From Telmatocola sphagniphila (GTDB lineage: Bacteria > Planctomycetota > Planctomycetia > Gemmatales > Gemmataceae), in the NCBI RefSeq assembly GCF_018398935.1, contig NZ_CP074694.1:5340001-5372000 (forward strand): a DNA stretch of 32,000 bases. The letters run 5' to 3'. The notes under the pieces were generated by a model, which did not search any database, was not told the DNA's origin, and saw only the letters and a list, made by a program, of their open reading frames with translations. Within the stretch, counting starts at the first letter, position 1; every line of letters starts with the position of its first letter. This document shows, piece by piece, positions 15,301-22,563 of the stretch. The position numbers and the translations under genes were made by a program.

Positions 15301-16292
15301 CAGCCACTGGAGCGGTAATCGCCCGGATGATCGTTGGTGCCCATGAAATTCAAGGTGGGATCGAACAAGCGGGTCTTGTTTAAGCTGACCAGACCGGGGT
15401 CGGTTCGATTTTCCGTTCCCAGTCCGCGCTCGCTCAGTCGAACTTTCGTACGGCCCGGATCGTCGAGTCGTTCCGGAATGCCAACTTCGGGCTTGAACCG
15501 GCCACCCCGTTCGAAGATCCGAAGAATGTTGCCGGGCTGACCGACTTCAAAGCGCGGCAACGGCTCCAGGAACGGTACCACGCCCAGCGTCATTTCTTCC
15601 GGCGTCGGAGGCGGGTTGTTGAGGATTCGCAGCGGCGCGCCGGTCATGCTGTAGGCTTCGCCGTAGCGGGCCCGCTTATTCGAAATCGTGCCGTTGTTAT
15701 AAAGCGCGGCCCCCCACAGCATGCAACCGGTGGCCATGATCTGTTTGCGGTTAGTTTGCACCACTTGCGGATGGCAGCCGGAAGTGCCGCAGCTGATATG
15801 GGCTATACGAAAATCGCCGGGGTTCACAAAGCGAATGAACTCGGGCGATTCGTGATTCAGGAGCGTGTAGGAGCGCACCGGATTGGCGGAAGTCGGCCAG
15901 AACTGCGGAAACTTCGGGGCAATATGTGCCCGGTTCTTATCGGTAGTACTCGGGTCACCGCCGTGACAATCGGTGCAGCCGATTCGCAAGGTCGCTTTGC
16001 CGTGCGGGTCGCCAGTGTTCTTGTGGCAGGCGATACAACCAGCGCTCTTGGCCAGCTGCTCTTCAGGAGTCTGCTTCAGCAGTTGCACATCTTTGAGTTC
16101 GGGCGGCATTGGGAACGGATCGTCCGGATCGGTGGAAAAGGGATTTGTCTTACGGTCGTCTTTTTCCTGGGCGCGCAGCATCTGGGGAGGCAGTGCAGAG
16201 TAGACGATCGCACCGAGGGCTCCAAAAATCAGCAACCCGGCCAAGGCCGATTGCAGCCAAGGTGCCCAGGACCCAACCAAGTAGGAGCGCAT
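12348..16292 (-). CDS. Membrane-anchored multiheme cytochrome c fused to a C-terminal LVIVD-repeat beta-propeller (1314 aa)
   Basis: An N-terminal TM helix (ALAGLLIFGALGAIVYSAL) is present. There are nine CxxCH motifs (CIACH, CTDCH, CSACH, CMVCH, CVDCH, CIDCH, CIACH, CFGCH, CTDCH) and one CX4CH (CGTSGCH), spanning roughly nt 16040-13780. Six LVIVD-type units follow: YLYAACGSAGVRVFDI, YLYVTDLYDGLILVG, YAYICCDAGLVVVSLEDP, YAYVCDEEGIKVLDATD, YAYVSAGSRGLVILDITN, FAYLADGKNGMRVLQLT, at roughly nt 13470-12348. Confidence 0.85.
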   Translation of the reverse strand: MRSYLVGSWAPWLQSALAGLLIFGALGAIVYSALPPQMLRAQEKDDRKTNPFSTDPDDPFPMPPELKDVQLLKQTPEEQLAKSAGCIACHKNTGDPHGKATLRIGCTDCHGGDPSTTDKNRAHIAPKFPQFWPTSANPVRSYTLLNHESPEFIRFVNPGDFRIAHISCGTSGCHPQVVQTNRKQIMATGCMLWGAALYNNGTISNKRARYGEAYSMTGAPLRILNNPPPTPEEMTLGVVPFLEPLPRFEVGQPGNILRIFERGGRFKPEVGIPERLDDPGRTKVRLSERGLGTENRTDPGLVSLNKTRLFDPTLNFMGTNDHPGDYRSSGCSACHVIYANDRSPIHSGPYARFGNRGTTATFDPTIPKNEPGHPIEHRFTNAIPTSQCMVCHIHPGTTVMNSYPGYMWWDEETHARLMYPEKSKKLTPEDAIRYQMNNPDAASAKGNWSNPEFLNDITQLNGQMDKAQFADFHGHGWVFRAVFKRDIKGNLIDYQGVQVQQPTPHKLSEAINFPCMVKSFHEQNQFRDATQAVAAEDKLNQKRAGQPVHLMDIHLEKGMHCVDCHFTQDMHGNGKLHMEVRAASEIQCIDCHGTPQNFATLRTSGPASYTSSPEGGRNLLSLRTPFGKPRFEIEYLSDDKVNGPKRIYQNSNVEPNLRWEVVQTKDTIDPKHGRYNAKSALAKTVRFEGEQMVWGSMPSTGKCAHENKNMSCIACHSAWNPSCFGCHLPQKANVKMPQLHAEGEVSRNQSEYNFQTLRDDVFMLARDGDATKNRINPARSSCAVHVSSYNGLRESIYTLQQTISTEGFGGTAFSTNVPHTVRGRGVRETKQCTDCHLSLTNDNNAWMAQLLMQGTNIMNLIGKYAWVAAGEDGLMGVVVTERQEPQAVIGSSLQQVAFPEHFEEHLKRKGLLEHAHEHPGKDISQEITRPWKKPEILQVQARGEYLYAACGSAGVRVFDIAFIDNKGFSERITTAPVSPIGQKFYAQTKYATAVAAPTTVAVDPTRSHRPENKEGPIHPYFGYLYVTDLYDGLILVGAATTIDGNPANNFLKAETPFNPDGILKGAVNITIVGYYAYICCDAGLVVVSLEDPKNLKVTAVLDEKTIKKPKAVQVQFRYAYVCDEEGIKVLDATDLAHPVAKSMIRLPDVQNIYLGRSYAYVSAGSRGLVILDITNAEEPKVDQIYTANGAINDLHDVKVGVTYNSLFAYLADGKNGMRVLQLTSPDTPGNDGFAARPYPRLIATYRIPHGGHALNISKGLDRDRAVDEVGNQIGVFGRVGARPLNGEEMQKMYLKNGKPWYVTNDPSDAIYQKK

Positions 16293-16445
16293 ACCCGGTC
16301 CCCGAGAGTGAATCTATTTTCCCCCGACTAACTTGTCGGGGAATAACAGAAGGACCTGAGCTGTCAAGATGGATTGGTTTGCAGGAAGATTTCCGGAAGT
16401 TGAACCCTCTTCGAGTTCAAGCTCCGGAAACTCCTTGCTGAGAAA

Positions 16446-18563
16446 TTACTTGAGGAGATCTTTCACGGCGGTGACCACTTTTTCCACTGTGAAGCCGAAG
16501 TGTTTCAACAGATCTTTCAACGGCGCGGAAGCCCCGAACGTTTTCATACCTACCACGGCACCGGTAGTGCCGACATACTTGTACCAGCACATCGGCGAAG
16601 CCATTTCCACGGCGACGCGAGCGGTCACGGCTTTGGGTAGTACGCTCTCCTTGTACGCTTCGTCTTGCTTATCGAAGACTTCGGTACAGGGCATCGAGAC
16701 TACGCGAGCGGCAATTCCATCGGCCTTCAATTTTTCATAAGCCTCTACCGCCAGACCCACTTCGGTACCGGTGGCAATCAGAATCACTTGAGGTTTGCCA
16801 TTCGGAGCATCGGCGAGAACGTAGCCGCCCTTCGCCGCACCGCTGGCCGGGGCGTACTTGCTGCGATCCAGGATCGGCATGTCCTGGCGCGAGACCACCA
16901 TCAGCGCCGGGTTGTGCGACAGTTTCATCAGCACCTTCCAGGACTCAGCGACTTCATTGGCATCACCTGGCCGGAAGACATAGAGATCGGGAATGGCCCG
17001 CAGGCTCGAAAGTTGTTCGATGGGCTGATGCGTCGGGCCATCTTCACCAACTCCGATGGAATCGTGGGTGAAGACATAGATGGGCGAAATGCCCATCAAA
17101 GAAGCTAACCGAAACGGCGGCCGTCCGTAATCGCTGAAGATCAGGAAGCCGGCACCATACGGTCGCACGCCGGAGAGTGCCATACCGTTGATGATCGAAC
17201 CCATCGCATGCTCGCGAACGCCCCAGTGGAAATTGCGGCCACCCGGAGTCCCCGGCTGAAAATTGCCGGCGCCTTCAAATGTGAGTAGCGTCTTGGTCGA
17301 AGGGGCCAGGTCGGCCGAACCACCGATCAACCAGGGCACCGACTTGGCGACGGCGTTCAACACTTTACCGGATGCTTCGCGACCGGATATTGCGGCCGGT
17401 TTCTTCACGCCGGGATTCTTCGGATCTTCGGTCGGTTCCGAACTGAAGGCAGGAATTCCTTTTTCCCAGCCTTCGGGCAATTCGTGCTTCAGCAGCAACT
17501 CGAGTTGCTTGGCCAGTTCCGGGTAGGCCTTGGTATACTCGGCGAATTTGGCGTGCCAGGCGGTGCTCAATTCCTTGCCGCGCTTGCCGATGCCGTTGGC
17601 AAAATTTTCGTAGACACCGTCCGGGATTTCGAAAGTCTTCTCCGGATCGAAGCCCATGAGTTTCTTGGCTTCGGCGATCGGCTTGGTTCCCAGCGGTTCG
17701 CCGTGGGCCGTGTGGCTGCCTTCCTTGCCGGGAACTCCCCAGGCGATCACCGAATTGGCGACTACGAAAGTCGGCTTATCGGTCGTCTTCTGGAAGGTTT
17801 CGATGGCCTTGTTCAATTGAGTTAAATCGTTGGCATCGGTCACATGCAGAACGTTCCAGCCGAGGGCTTCCAGCCGTTTGGCGGTATCTTCCGTGAACGT
17901 GAGGCTGGTCGAGCCTTCAATCGTGATGCGGTTGCTATCGTAGATCCAGCAGAGGTTGTTCAGCTTCAGGTGCCCGGCCAGACTACCGGCTTCGTTACTG
18001 ACCCCTTCCATCATGCAGCCGTCGCCGCAGAGGGCATAGATGCGGTGTGTGAAAATGTCGAAACCGGGTCGGTTGAAGTAATTCGCCAGCCATTTCTGAG
18101 CGATGGCCATGCCGACTGAGTTGGCGACGCCTTGTCCCAGTGGTCCGGTGGTCGTTTCCACCCCGGTGGTCAGATGGCTTTCGGGATGGCCGGGGGTCTT
18201 GCTACCGAGCTGCCGGAATTTTTTGATGTCATCGAGGCTGACGGCGGGAAGTCCGGCCGGGCCATGCTGCGGCAGTTGTTTTACCTGCGTCAAATGCAGG
18301 ATGGAGTAGAGCAACAAGGAAGCATGGCCGACGGAGAGAACGAAACGATCGCGGTCGGGCCAGGCGGCGTCGGCGGGATCGTAACGCAGGTAATTCTGAT
18401 AGAGGTTGTAAACAATCGGCGAGAGCGAAACCGGCGTTCCGGGATGGCCCGAATTGGCTTTTTGAACCGCGTCCATGGCCAGGCAGCGCATGGTATGGAT
18501 GCTCAGCAGATCTATTGAACTGCCGTAAGCGGGGTTGGGGGTGCTCACAATCGTGTCCTTCAT
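16446..18563 (-). CDS. tkt: Transketolase
   Basis: The 705-aa product is collinear with transketolases. It has the ThDP-binding N-terminus (AVQKANSGHPGTPVSLSP, GHASLLLYS, GPLGQGVANSVGMA, GDGCMMEGVSNEA), the Pyr domain (GREASGKVLNA, HWGVREHAM, FSDY) and the C-terminal domain. Confidence 0.95.
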   Translation of the reverse strand: MKDTIVSTPNPAYGSSIDLLSIHTMRCLAMDAVQKANSGHPGTPVSLSPIVYNLYQNYLRYDPADAAWPDRDRFVLSVGHASLLLYSILHLTQVKQLPQHGPAGLPAVSLDDIKKFRQLGSKTPGHPESHLTTGVETTTGPLGQGVANSVGMAIAQKWLANYFNRPGFDIFTHRIYALCGDGCMMEGVSNEAGSLAGHLKLNNLCWIYDSNRITIEGSTSLTFTEDTAKRLEALGWNVLHVTDANDLTQLNKAIETFQKTTDKPTFVVANSVIAWGVPGKEGSHTAHGEPLGTKPIAEAKKLMGFDPEKTFEIPDGVYENFANGIGKRGKELSTAWHAKFAEYTKAYPELAKQLELLLKHELPEGWEKGIPAFSSEPTEDPKNPGVKKPAAISGREASGKVLNAVAKSVPWLIGGSADLAPSTKTLLTFEGAGNFQPGTPGGRNFHWGVREHAMGSIINGMALSGVRPYGAGFLIFSDYGRPPFRLASLMGISPIYVFTHDSIGVGEDGPTHQPIEQLSSLRAIPDLYVFRPGDANEVAESWKVLMKLSHNPALMVVSRQDMPILDRSKYAPASGAAKGGYVLADAPNGKPQVILIATGTEVGLAVEAYEKLKADGIAARVVSMPCTEVFDKQDEAYKESVLPKAVTARVAVEMASPMCWYKYVGTTGAVVGMKTFGASAPLKDLLKHFGFTVEKVVTAVKDLLK

Positions 18564-19172
18564 TCGGTGTAACGAGTCAATCGAATACGCTGCGCATTTT
18601 ACGAATCAAAGTCCAAAAGGCGGGGAAGAAATCCAAGGAAATGGCAGGGAAAGGAATTCCGCTGGGGACGCGGGGGATTTGCCCGTCCCACCTTTGCCCC
18701 GGGCCCACGATTTTCCATGTTTGGATACGAATCCCGACTCATCATTCTGTCTAAAAGCCCCTTTTTCATAATGGTTTACCCTGGAAGGTCATCAGATCAT
18801 CATTTTTCATATAGTGGAAAACGCGATTTTGATGACCTTCGGTTATTTCTTGGGATATAAGGGCCTTTTGACCAATTTCGAGAATCGGCGGTCAGTAAGC
18901 GAATTTGCAGTCTCCTTTCGAGAAATTCGTTCTGAATTGCAAGTAAAACTGGGCCTGATGCTTTGGTCATTCGGCGCTCTTGCGGGTCTTGTCCACGAGT
19001 CTGTTTTGCACAGGTTGGTCGCTGAGGCGGCTAGGCAATCCATCGAGAGCGGGCCAGCAATTGAAATCGCGGATCAGACCATTTGTCCGCACGCTTCAGC
19101 ATAACGGATAAAGGAACGCAGGGCCATGTGGGTTGCCAGGGGGGAGTTTCGTGGAATTCTCGTGCAGTCTTT

Positions 19173-19919
19173 GTTAGCCCGACTCGGTTGGCCCGATTTT
19201 GTTAGCCCGACGCGTGAGCGAGGGCATTAAGTACATATACATTTATAACAAATCAATTAAATATTTTTGTGATAGTAAATAATACGTTCAACGAAACCGG
19301 GATATTATGAATTTATATTGCCCTCGCTGACGAGTCTAACAAAGAGAGTGCTCAAGTCGATTGGTCACGAAGCATTTTGCAAATCCCTCAATTAAAGTTG
19401 TATTAAACTAAGGTTTTGTTAGACGCGTGAGCGAGGGCATTAAGAGTCTGTTCCAAAAGCCCCTATTTCGGATGAATTTCTCGAGGATTTGTAGGGTTAG
19501 TCCCGGCTTTTGGAACAGACTCTAAGTACATATACATTTATAACAAATCAATTAAATATTTTTGTGATAGTAAATAATACGTTCAACGAAACCGGGATAT
19601 TATGAATTTATATTGCCCTCGCTGACGCGTCGGGCTAACAAAGAGAGTGCTCAAGTCGATTGGTCACGAAGCATTTTGCAAATCCCTCAATTAAAGTTGT
19701 ATTAAATTAAGGTTTTGTTAGCCCGACGCGTGAGCGAGGGCATTAAGTACATATAAATCTATAACCAATCAATTAAATAATTTTTGTAATAGTAAATAAT
19801 ACGTTCAAGGAAGCGGGATATTATGATTTCATATTGCCCTCGCTGACGCGTCGGGCTAACGAAGCGAGAAGCCGGGATATTTTGATTTTATATTGCCCTC
19901 GCCGACGCTTCGGGTTGAC
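19173..19919. repeat. Tandem array of long GC-armed palindromic units (3 full units plus partial ends; 144-nt unit + 77-nt linker = 221-nt period)
   Basis: Each unit is GTTAGCCCGACGCGTGAGCGAGGGCA + a 92-nt AT-rich core + TGCCCTCGCTGACGCGTCGGGCTAAC. Unit 1 is 19201-19340. Unit 2 is 19418-19639 and carries an 82-nt net insertion. Unit 3 is 19717-19860. The 77-nt linker is at 19341-19417 and 19640-19716. A partial left arm is at 19173-19183 and a degenerate extra right half at 19861-19919. All read directly from the sequence. Confidence 0.9.
19443..19523. mobile_element. MITE-like 81-bp insertion with perfect 19-bp terminal inverted repeats, nested in array unit 2
   Basis: AGAGTCTGTTCCAAAAGCC ... 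GGCTTTTGGAACAGACTCT interrupts the otherwise conserved cattaag|tacat junction of the unit. The flanks can be read as a TAAG direct duplication (19441-19444 and 19523-19526) around a 78-bp insert. No coding capacity. Confidence 0.6.
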
Positions 19920-19945
19920 AGCCTCGTAGTGGGCTAACATAATCG

Positions 19946-19988
19946 AAAAGCATCGCCAGATAGCCTGAGCCATCCGCCGATGCTTTTT
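19946..19988. terminator. Candidate bidirectional terminator downstream of the SDR gene
   Basis: AAAAGCATCG (19946-19955) pairs with CGATGCTTTT (19978-19987). The core stem GCATCG/CGATGC is 6 bp plus A-T extensions. The 22-nt loop weakens the call. Confidence 0.45.
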
Positions 19989-20043
19989 ATCTGGAACCGG
20001 TAGTATCAGCTACCGGGTTATCTAAGGAATATTCACAAGCGAA

Positions 20044-20766
20044 TTACCCGGCAAACTGCTTCTCGGCTGCTTTGTGATCTGCTTTCCAAGCGGCGTAAAA
20101 CTGCTTCGACATCGGATCGGGGAAAATGTCCTCGGCTCCTTTTTCGATACCCTGAATCACTTCCTGCGCGACATGGCTGGGCGGTGTCTTATCCATGGGG
20201 AAATCCTTGGCCATATCCGTATCGATGGGACCCGGGTAAATACTGAAGACTTTAATATGGCGTTTGGCCACATCCGCACGAAGTGACTGCGTGAACGACC
20301 AGGCGGCCGCCTTGGAAGCACTATAGCCGGCGATACTAGGGAATCCGACCAGAGAAACGACGCTCAGCACATTGGCGATGCCCCCGCCGCCATTTTTTTC
20401 AATCACCGGAACAAAGGCCTGCGTTACCTGAATCAGTCCGAAGTAGTTGACCTCCAGATCCTTCTTCAAATCGGCCTGGGAAATTTCCGTCGCGGTACCA
20501 AAAGTCGCCACACCGGCGTTGTTGATCAGGAGATTCACATCGGCCGCCACTTTAGCCGCGGCTTCGACTTGTTCGGGTTTCGTGACATCCAGAACCAGCG
20601 GCACGATTCGCTTGGGATCGAGAGCCACAATCGCATCCAGGTCGGAACGCTTGCGGGCCGCGGCGTAAATCTTCCGGGCACCTTGAGCCAAAAAGCCTTC
20701 CACGAAAGCTTTGCCTATACCCCGATTGGCCCCGGTAACCAGAACAGTGGATTGATTCGTTTTCAT
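20044..20766 (-). CDS. Short-chain dehydrogenase/reductase (classical SDR)
   Basis: TGANRGIGKAF (the TGxxxGxG cofactor motif), NNAG, the catalytic YSASKAA (YxxxK), and PGPIDTDM. An AGAGGA Shine-Dalgarno lies upstream of the ATG at 20766. Confidence 0.9.
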   Translation of the reverse strand: MKTNQSTVLVTGANRGIGKAFVEGFLAQGARKIYAAARKRSDLDAIVALDPKRIVPLVLDVTKPEQVEAAAKVAADVNLLINNAGVATFGTATEISQADLKKDLEVNYFGLIQVTQAFVPVIEKNGGGGIANVLSVVSLVGFPSIAGYSASKAAAWSFTQSLRADVAKRHIKVFSIYPGPIDTDMAKDFPMDKTPPSHVAQEVIQGIEKGAEDIFPDPMSKQFYAAWKADHKAAEKQFAG

Positions 20767-20802
20767 CGCTTGGTCCTCTGAAGGGAAAAATTCAACATGC
20801 TA

Positions 20803-20822
20803 TTTGTACCGTTCGGTACAAA
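20803..20822. promoter_or_regulatory. Candidate TetR-family operator: TTTGTACCG-TT-CGGTACAAA
   Basis: This is a perfect 9+9 inverted repeat in the 75-nt gap between the TetR stop (20842) and the SDR start (20766), 37-56 nt upstream of the SDR ATG. A degenerate relative, CTGTACCGATTGGTCAAG, lies at 21475-21492 upstream of the tetR gene itself. Confidence 0.6.
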
Positions 20823-20841
20823 CTATCTAACAAAGAATTTT

Positions 20842-21435
20842 TCAGCTGTGCAAAGTAGCACCGGAAAGTAGTCGAATGGCTTGATCGCGAACCGATTGAA
20901 TAACGTCGGGTTTTGCTCCCGCTCGAACCAGGACTTGCATGCCGAATACGAGCGCCAGCAAGGTACGGCCCACAGCGATACTATCCAGCTCGGCCGGGAT
21001 CTCGCCGAGCGCCTGCGCGGCCTGTAAAGCCCGCCGGTAACATTCTTCATGGCGTTCGAAATTCTTTTGGATTAGATCCTGGACGGCCGGATCTTTCGGG
21101 GCCATTTCCAGGGCCATGTTCACCACGTAGCAGCCTCGGCCCTTACCCGCACAATCGGGCGCTGCGATCCGCTGAAAGTGTTCAACCAATGCCTCGCGCG
21201 GGGAGGGCTGTTTGGCCAGGCCATCGAGATAGCAAAAGCTTTTATTGATGTAAGCTTCGAGGGAATCGAGCATAACTTGATGCTTGCTGGAATAGGTCGC
21301 GTAAAAGCTCCCTTTCTGGATGCCCATCTCTTCCAAAAGAGTATTAAGAGAGATCCCCTCGTAGCCATATTTCCAGAAGGCGTCCCCCGCTCTTTCCAGA
21401 GCTTCCGATTCGTTGAATTGTTTCTCCCACGGCAT
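20842..21435 (-). CDS. TetR/AcrR family transcriptional regulator
   Basis: The N-terminal HTH AGDAFWKYGYEGISLNTLLEEMGIQKGSFYATYSSKHQVM is the canonical TetR_N pattern. The C-terminal ligand domain is helical. It lies immediately upstream of the SDR gene on the same strand. Confidence 0.9.
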   Translation of the reverse strand: MPWEKQFNESEALERAGDAFWKYGYEGISLNTLLEEMGIQKGSFYATYSSKHQVMLDSLEAYINKSFCYLDGLAKQPSPREALVEHFQRIAAPDCAGKGRGCYVVNMALEMAPKDPAVQDLIQKNFERHEECYRRALQAAQALGEIPAELDSIAVGRTLLALVFGMQVLVRAGAKPDVIQSVRDQAIRLLSGATLHS

Positions 21436-22056
21436 GCTTAAGACTCCCCTCCGGGCGTCTTAATTATTGGTTGTCTGTACCGATTGGTCAAGAAAATTCG
21501 CAAAACCAGGTCGGATGCGGGAAAGGGAACGTAGTGGAGTTGAAAAAGGGAAAAAAACTCCCCGGTGGGCGATGGCGGGGGTGTGGGAAGATCGAAACAA
21601 CAGGGCGTAAAAAACCTGCTCCGAATAAGCTCGGAGGCGGTCTACTCATAAGACGCGGATTCTCAGTGAGTGTGACGGGAAAGTGATTTTTTCTTCAAAA
21701 TAGTTGGTTTGTAAGTATAAAACATCTCTTTGTTAATAAAAAAGCCGTTCAGATAGCACTTTCAAACGAGTTTCGGACTAGGGCATAACACAAGTTTGAT
21801 CGACAGAGGAAAAAGTTCGAGGCTTCGGAATAAATATTCAGGCATAATTATGAAAGGAATATGACTTAGGTAGCTATTCTTACTGTCCAGCAATTGCAGT
21901 ACGATCTTGACAACGCGTCAGCCGAAGTTTCGTTAGCGAGATGGAATCGGGTTTTCTTCAGCAAGGGTAGTGGAGCACTATCCTCCGTATCTCGAAAAGG
22001 GTGCAGTCGTGATACCAGCCAGAAAAGGAAGTTCGGTAGTTCAAGAGGCCAACGAC

Positions 22057-22557
22057 ATGCTTCAGAGCCTGACGCTTCATTATCGAGGCATGATCTCGGA
22101 AAATCTTCGATCCAAATTAAGCGCCTCAGACCTGATTCAGGAAACCCTGATCATCATCCACAAGCATCACGAATCTCTTGAACTGATGAGCGTGGAAATG
22201 CGCGAGGCGTGGATCTACAAAACGCTTCGCCGCGAGCTCATTTCTTTTGTTCGGAAATATCGAACCAGCAAACGCAGCACTCAGCTGGAAGTCCTCACGG
22301 AACTTTCGAACGTGAGCGACAAATCGCTCTCCGACGGCTGGAATTTTTTGATGGAATGCGAATGCCAGGAGCGGCTTGATCGGGCCTATAACCAGCTGAG
22401 CGAGAGCGAAAAAAATATTCTGGCGCTCCACCTTCAACAGGAACTGAGTTACAAGCAGATTTCCGATCGGACCGGCACCAGCGAGGAAGCGGTGCGGCAG
22501 GCGTTTTCCCGGGCCCGTGCCGCCTGGAAAGCCCTTTACGAATCCACTCAAGAGTAG
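22057..22557 (+). CDS. ECF-type RNA polymerase sigma factor
   Basis: Region 2 is SDLIQETLIIIHKH and region 4 HTH is LSYKQISDRTGTSEEAVRQAFSRARAAWKAL. I prefer the ATG at 22057, which has AAGAGG 9 nt upstream. The GTG at 21970 is an alternative start. The stop lies 6 nt before the kinase ATG. Confidence 0.85.
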   Translation: MLQSLTLHYRGMISENLRSKLSASDLIQETLIIIHKHHESLELMSVEMREAWIYKTLRRELISFVRKYRTSKRSTQLEVLTELSNVSDKSLSDGWNFLMECECQERLDRAYNQLSESEKNILALHLQQELSYKQISDRTGTSEEAVRQAFSRARAAWKALYESTQE

Positions 22558-22563
22558 AACCCC

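Noticed and set aside
16323-16342. Hairpin CCCCGAC-taactt-GTCGGGG between tkt and the cytochrome gene as a terminator
   Set aside because: There is no U-tract in the transcribed (minus) orientation. It lies in the cytochrome 5' leader, so I cannot assign it a terminator or regulatory role.
18814-19104. 96-aa ORF (GTG start) in the gap upstream of tkt
   Set aside because: It has no Shine-Dalgarno and no recognisable motif, its third-position GC looks unremarkable, and a similarly sized ORF overlaps it on the other strand. I cannot support it as a gene, though it cannot be excluded.
19318-19440. Integron attC site / cassette array, because GGCTAAC ... GTTAGCC resemble the RYYYAAC / GTTRRRY core sites
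   Set aside because: Each core matches only 6/7. Complementarity extends outward from these motifs instead of inward, so there are no L boxes inside the 77-nt segment. The would-be cassettes are 92-nt AT-rich non-coding pieces, and no intI integrase is present.
19173-19919. CRISPR array
   Set aside because: The sequences between the repeated arms are themselves repeated, as two alternating fixed linkers of 92 and 77 nt, rather than being unique spacers. The arms alternate in orientation, and no cas genes are in the window.
19100-19950. Replication origin (AT-rich DNA with iterated repeats)
   Set aside because: I found no DnaA-box-like TTATCCACA motifs and no dnaA/dnaN neighbourhood. The repeats are long palindromes, not short iterons.
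21908-21945. Similarity of CAACGCGTCAGCCGAAG...GTTAGCGAG to the array arm (ACGCGTCAGCGAGGG / GTTAGCCCG)
   Set aside because: Only a ~10-nt contiguous match exists, in a different order. This is most likely coincidence around an ACGCGT palindrome.
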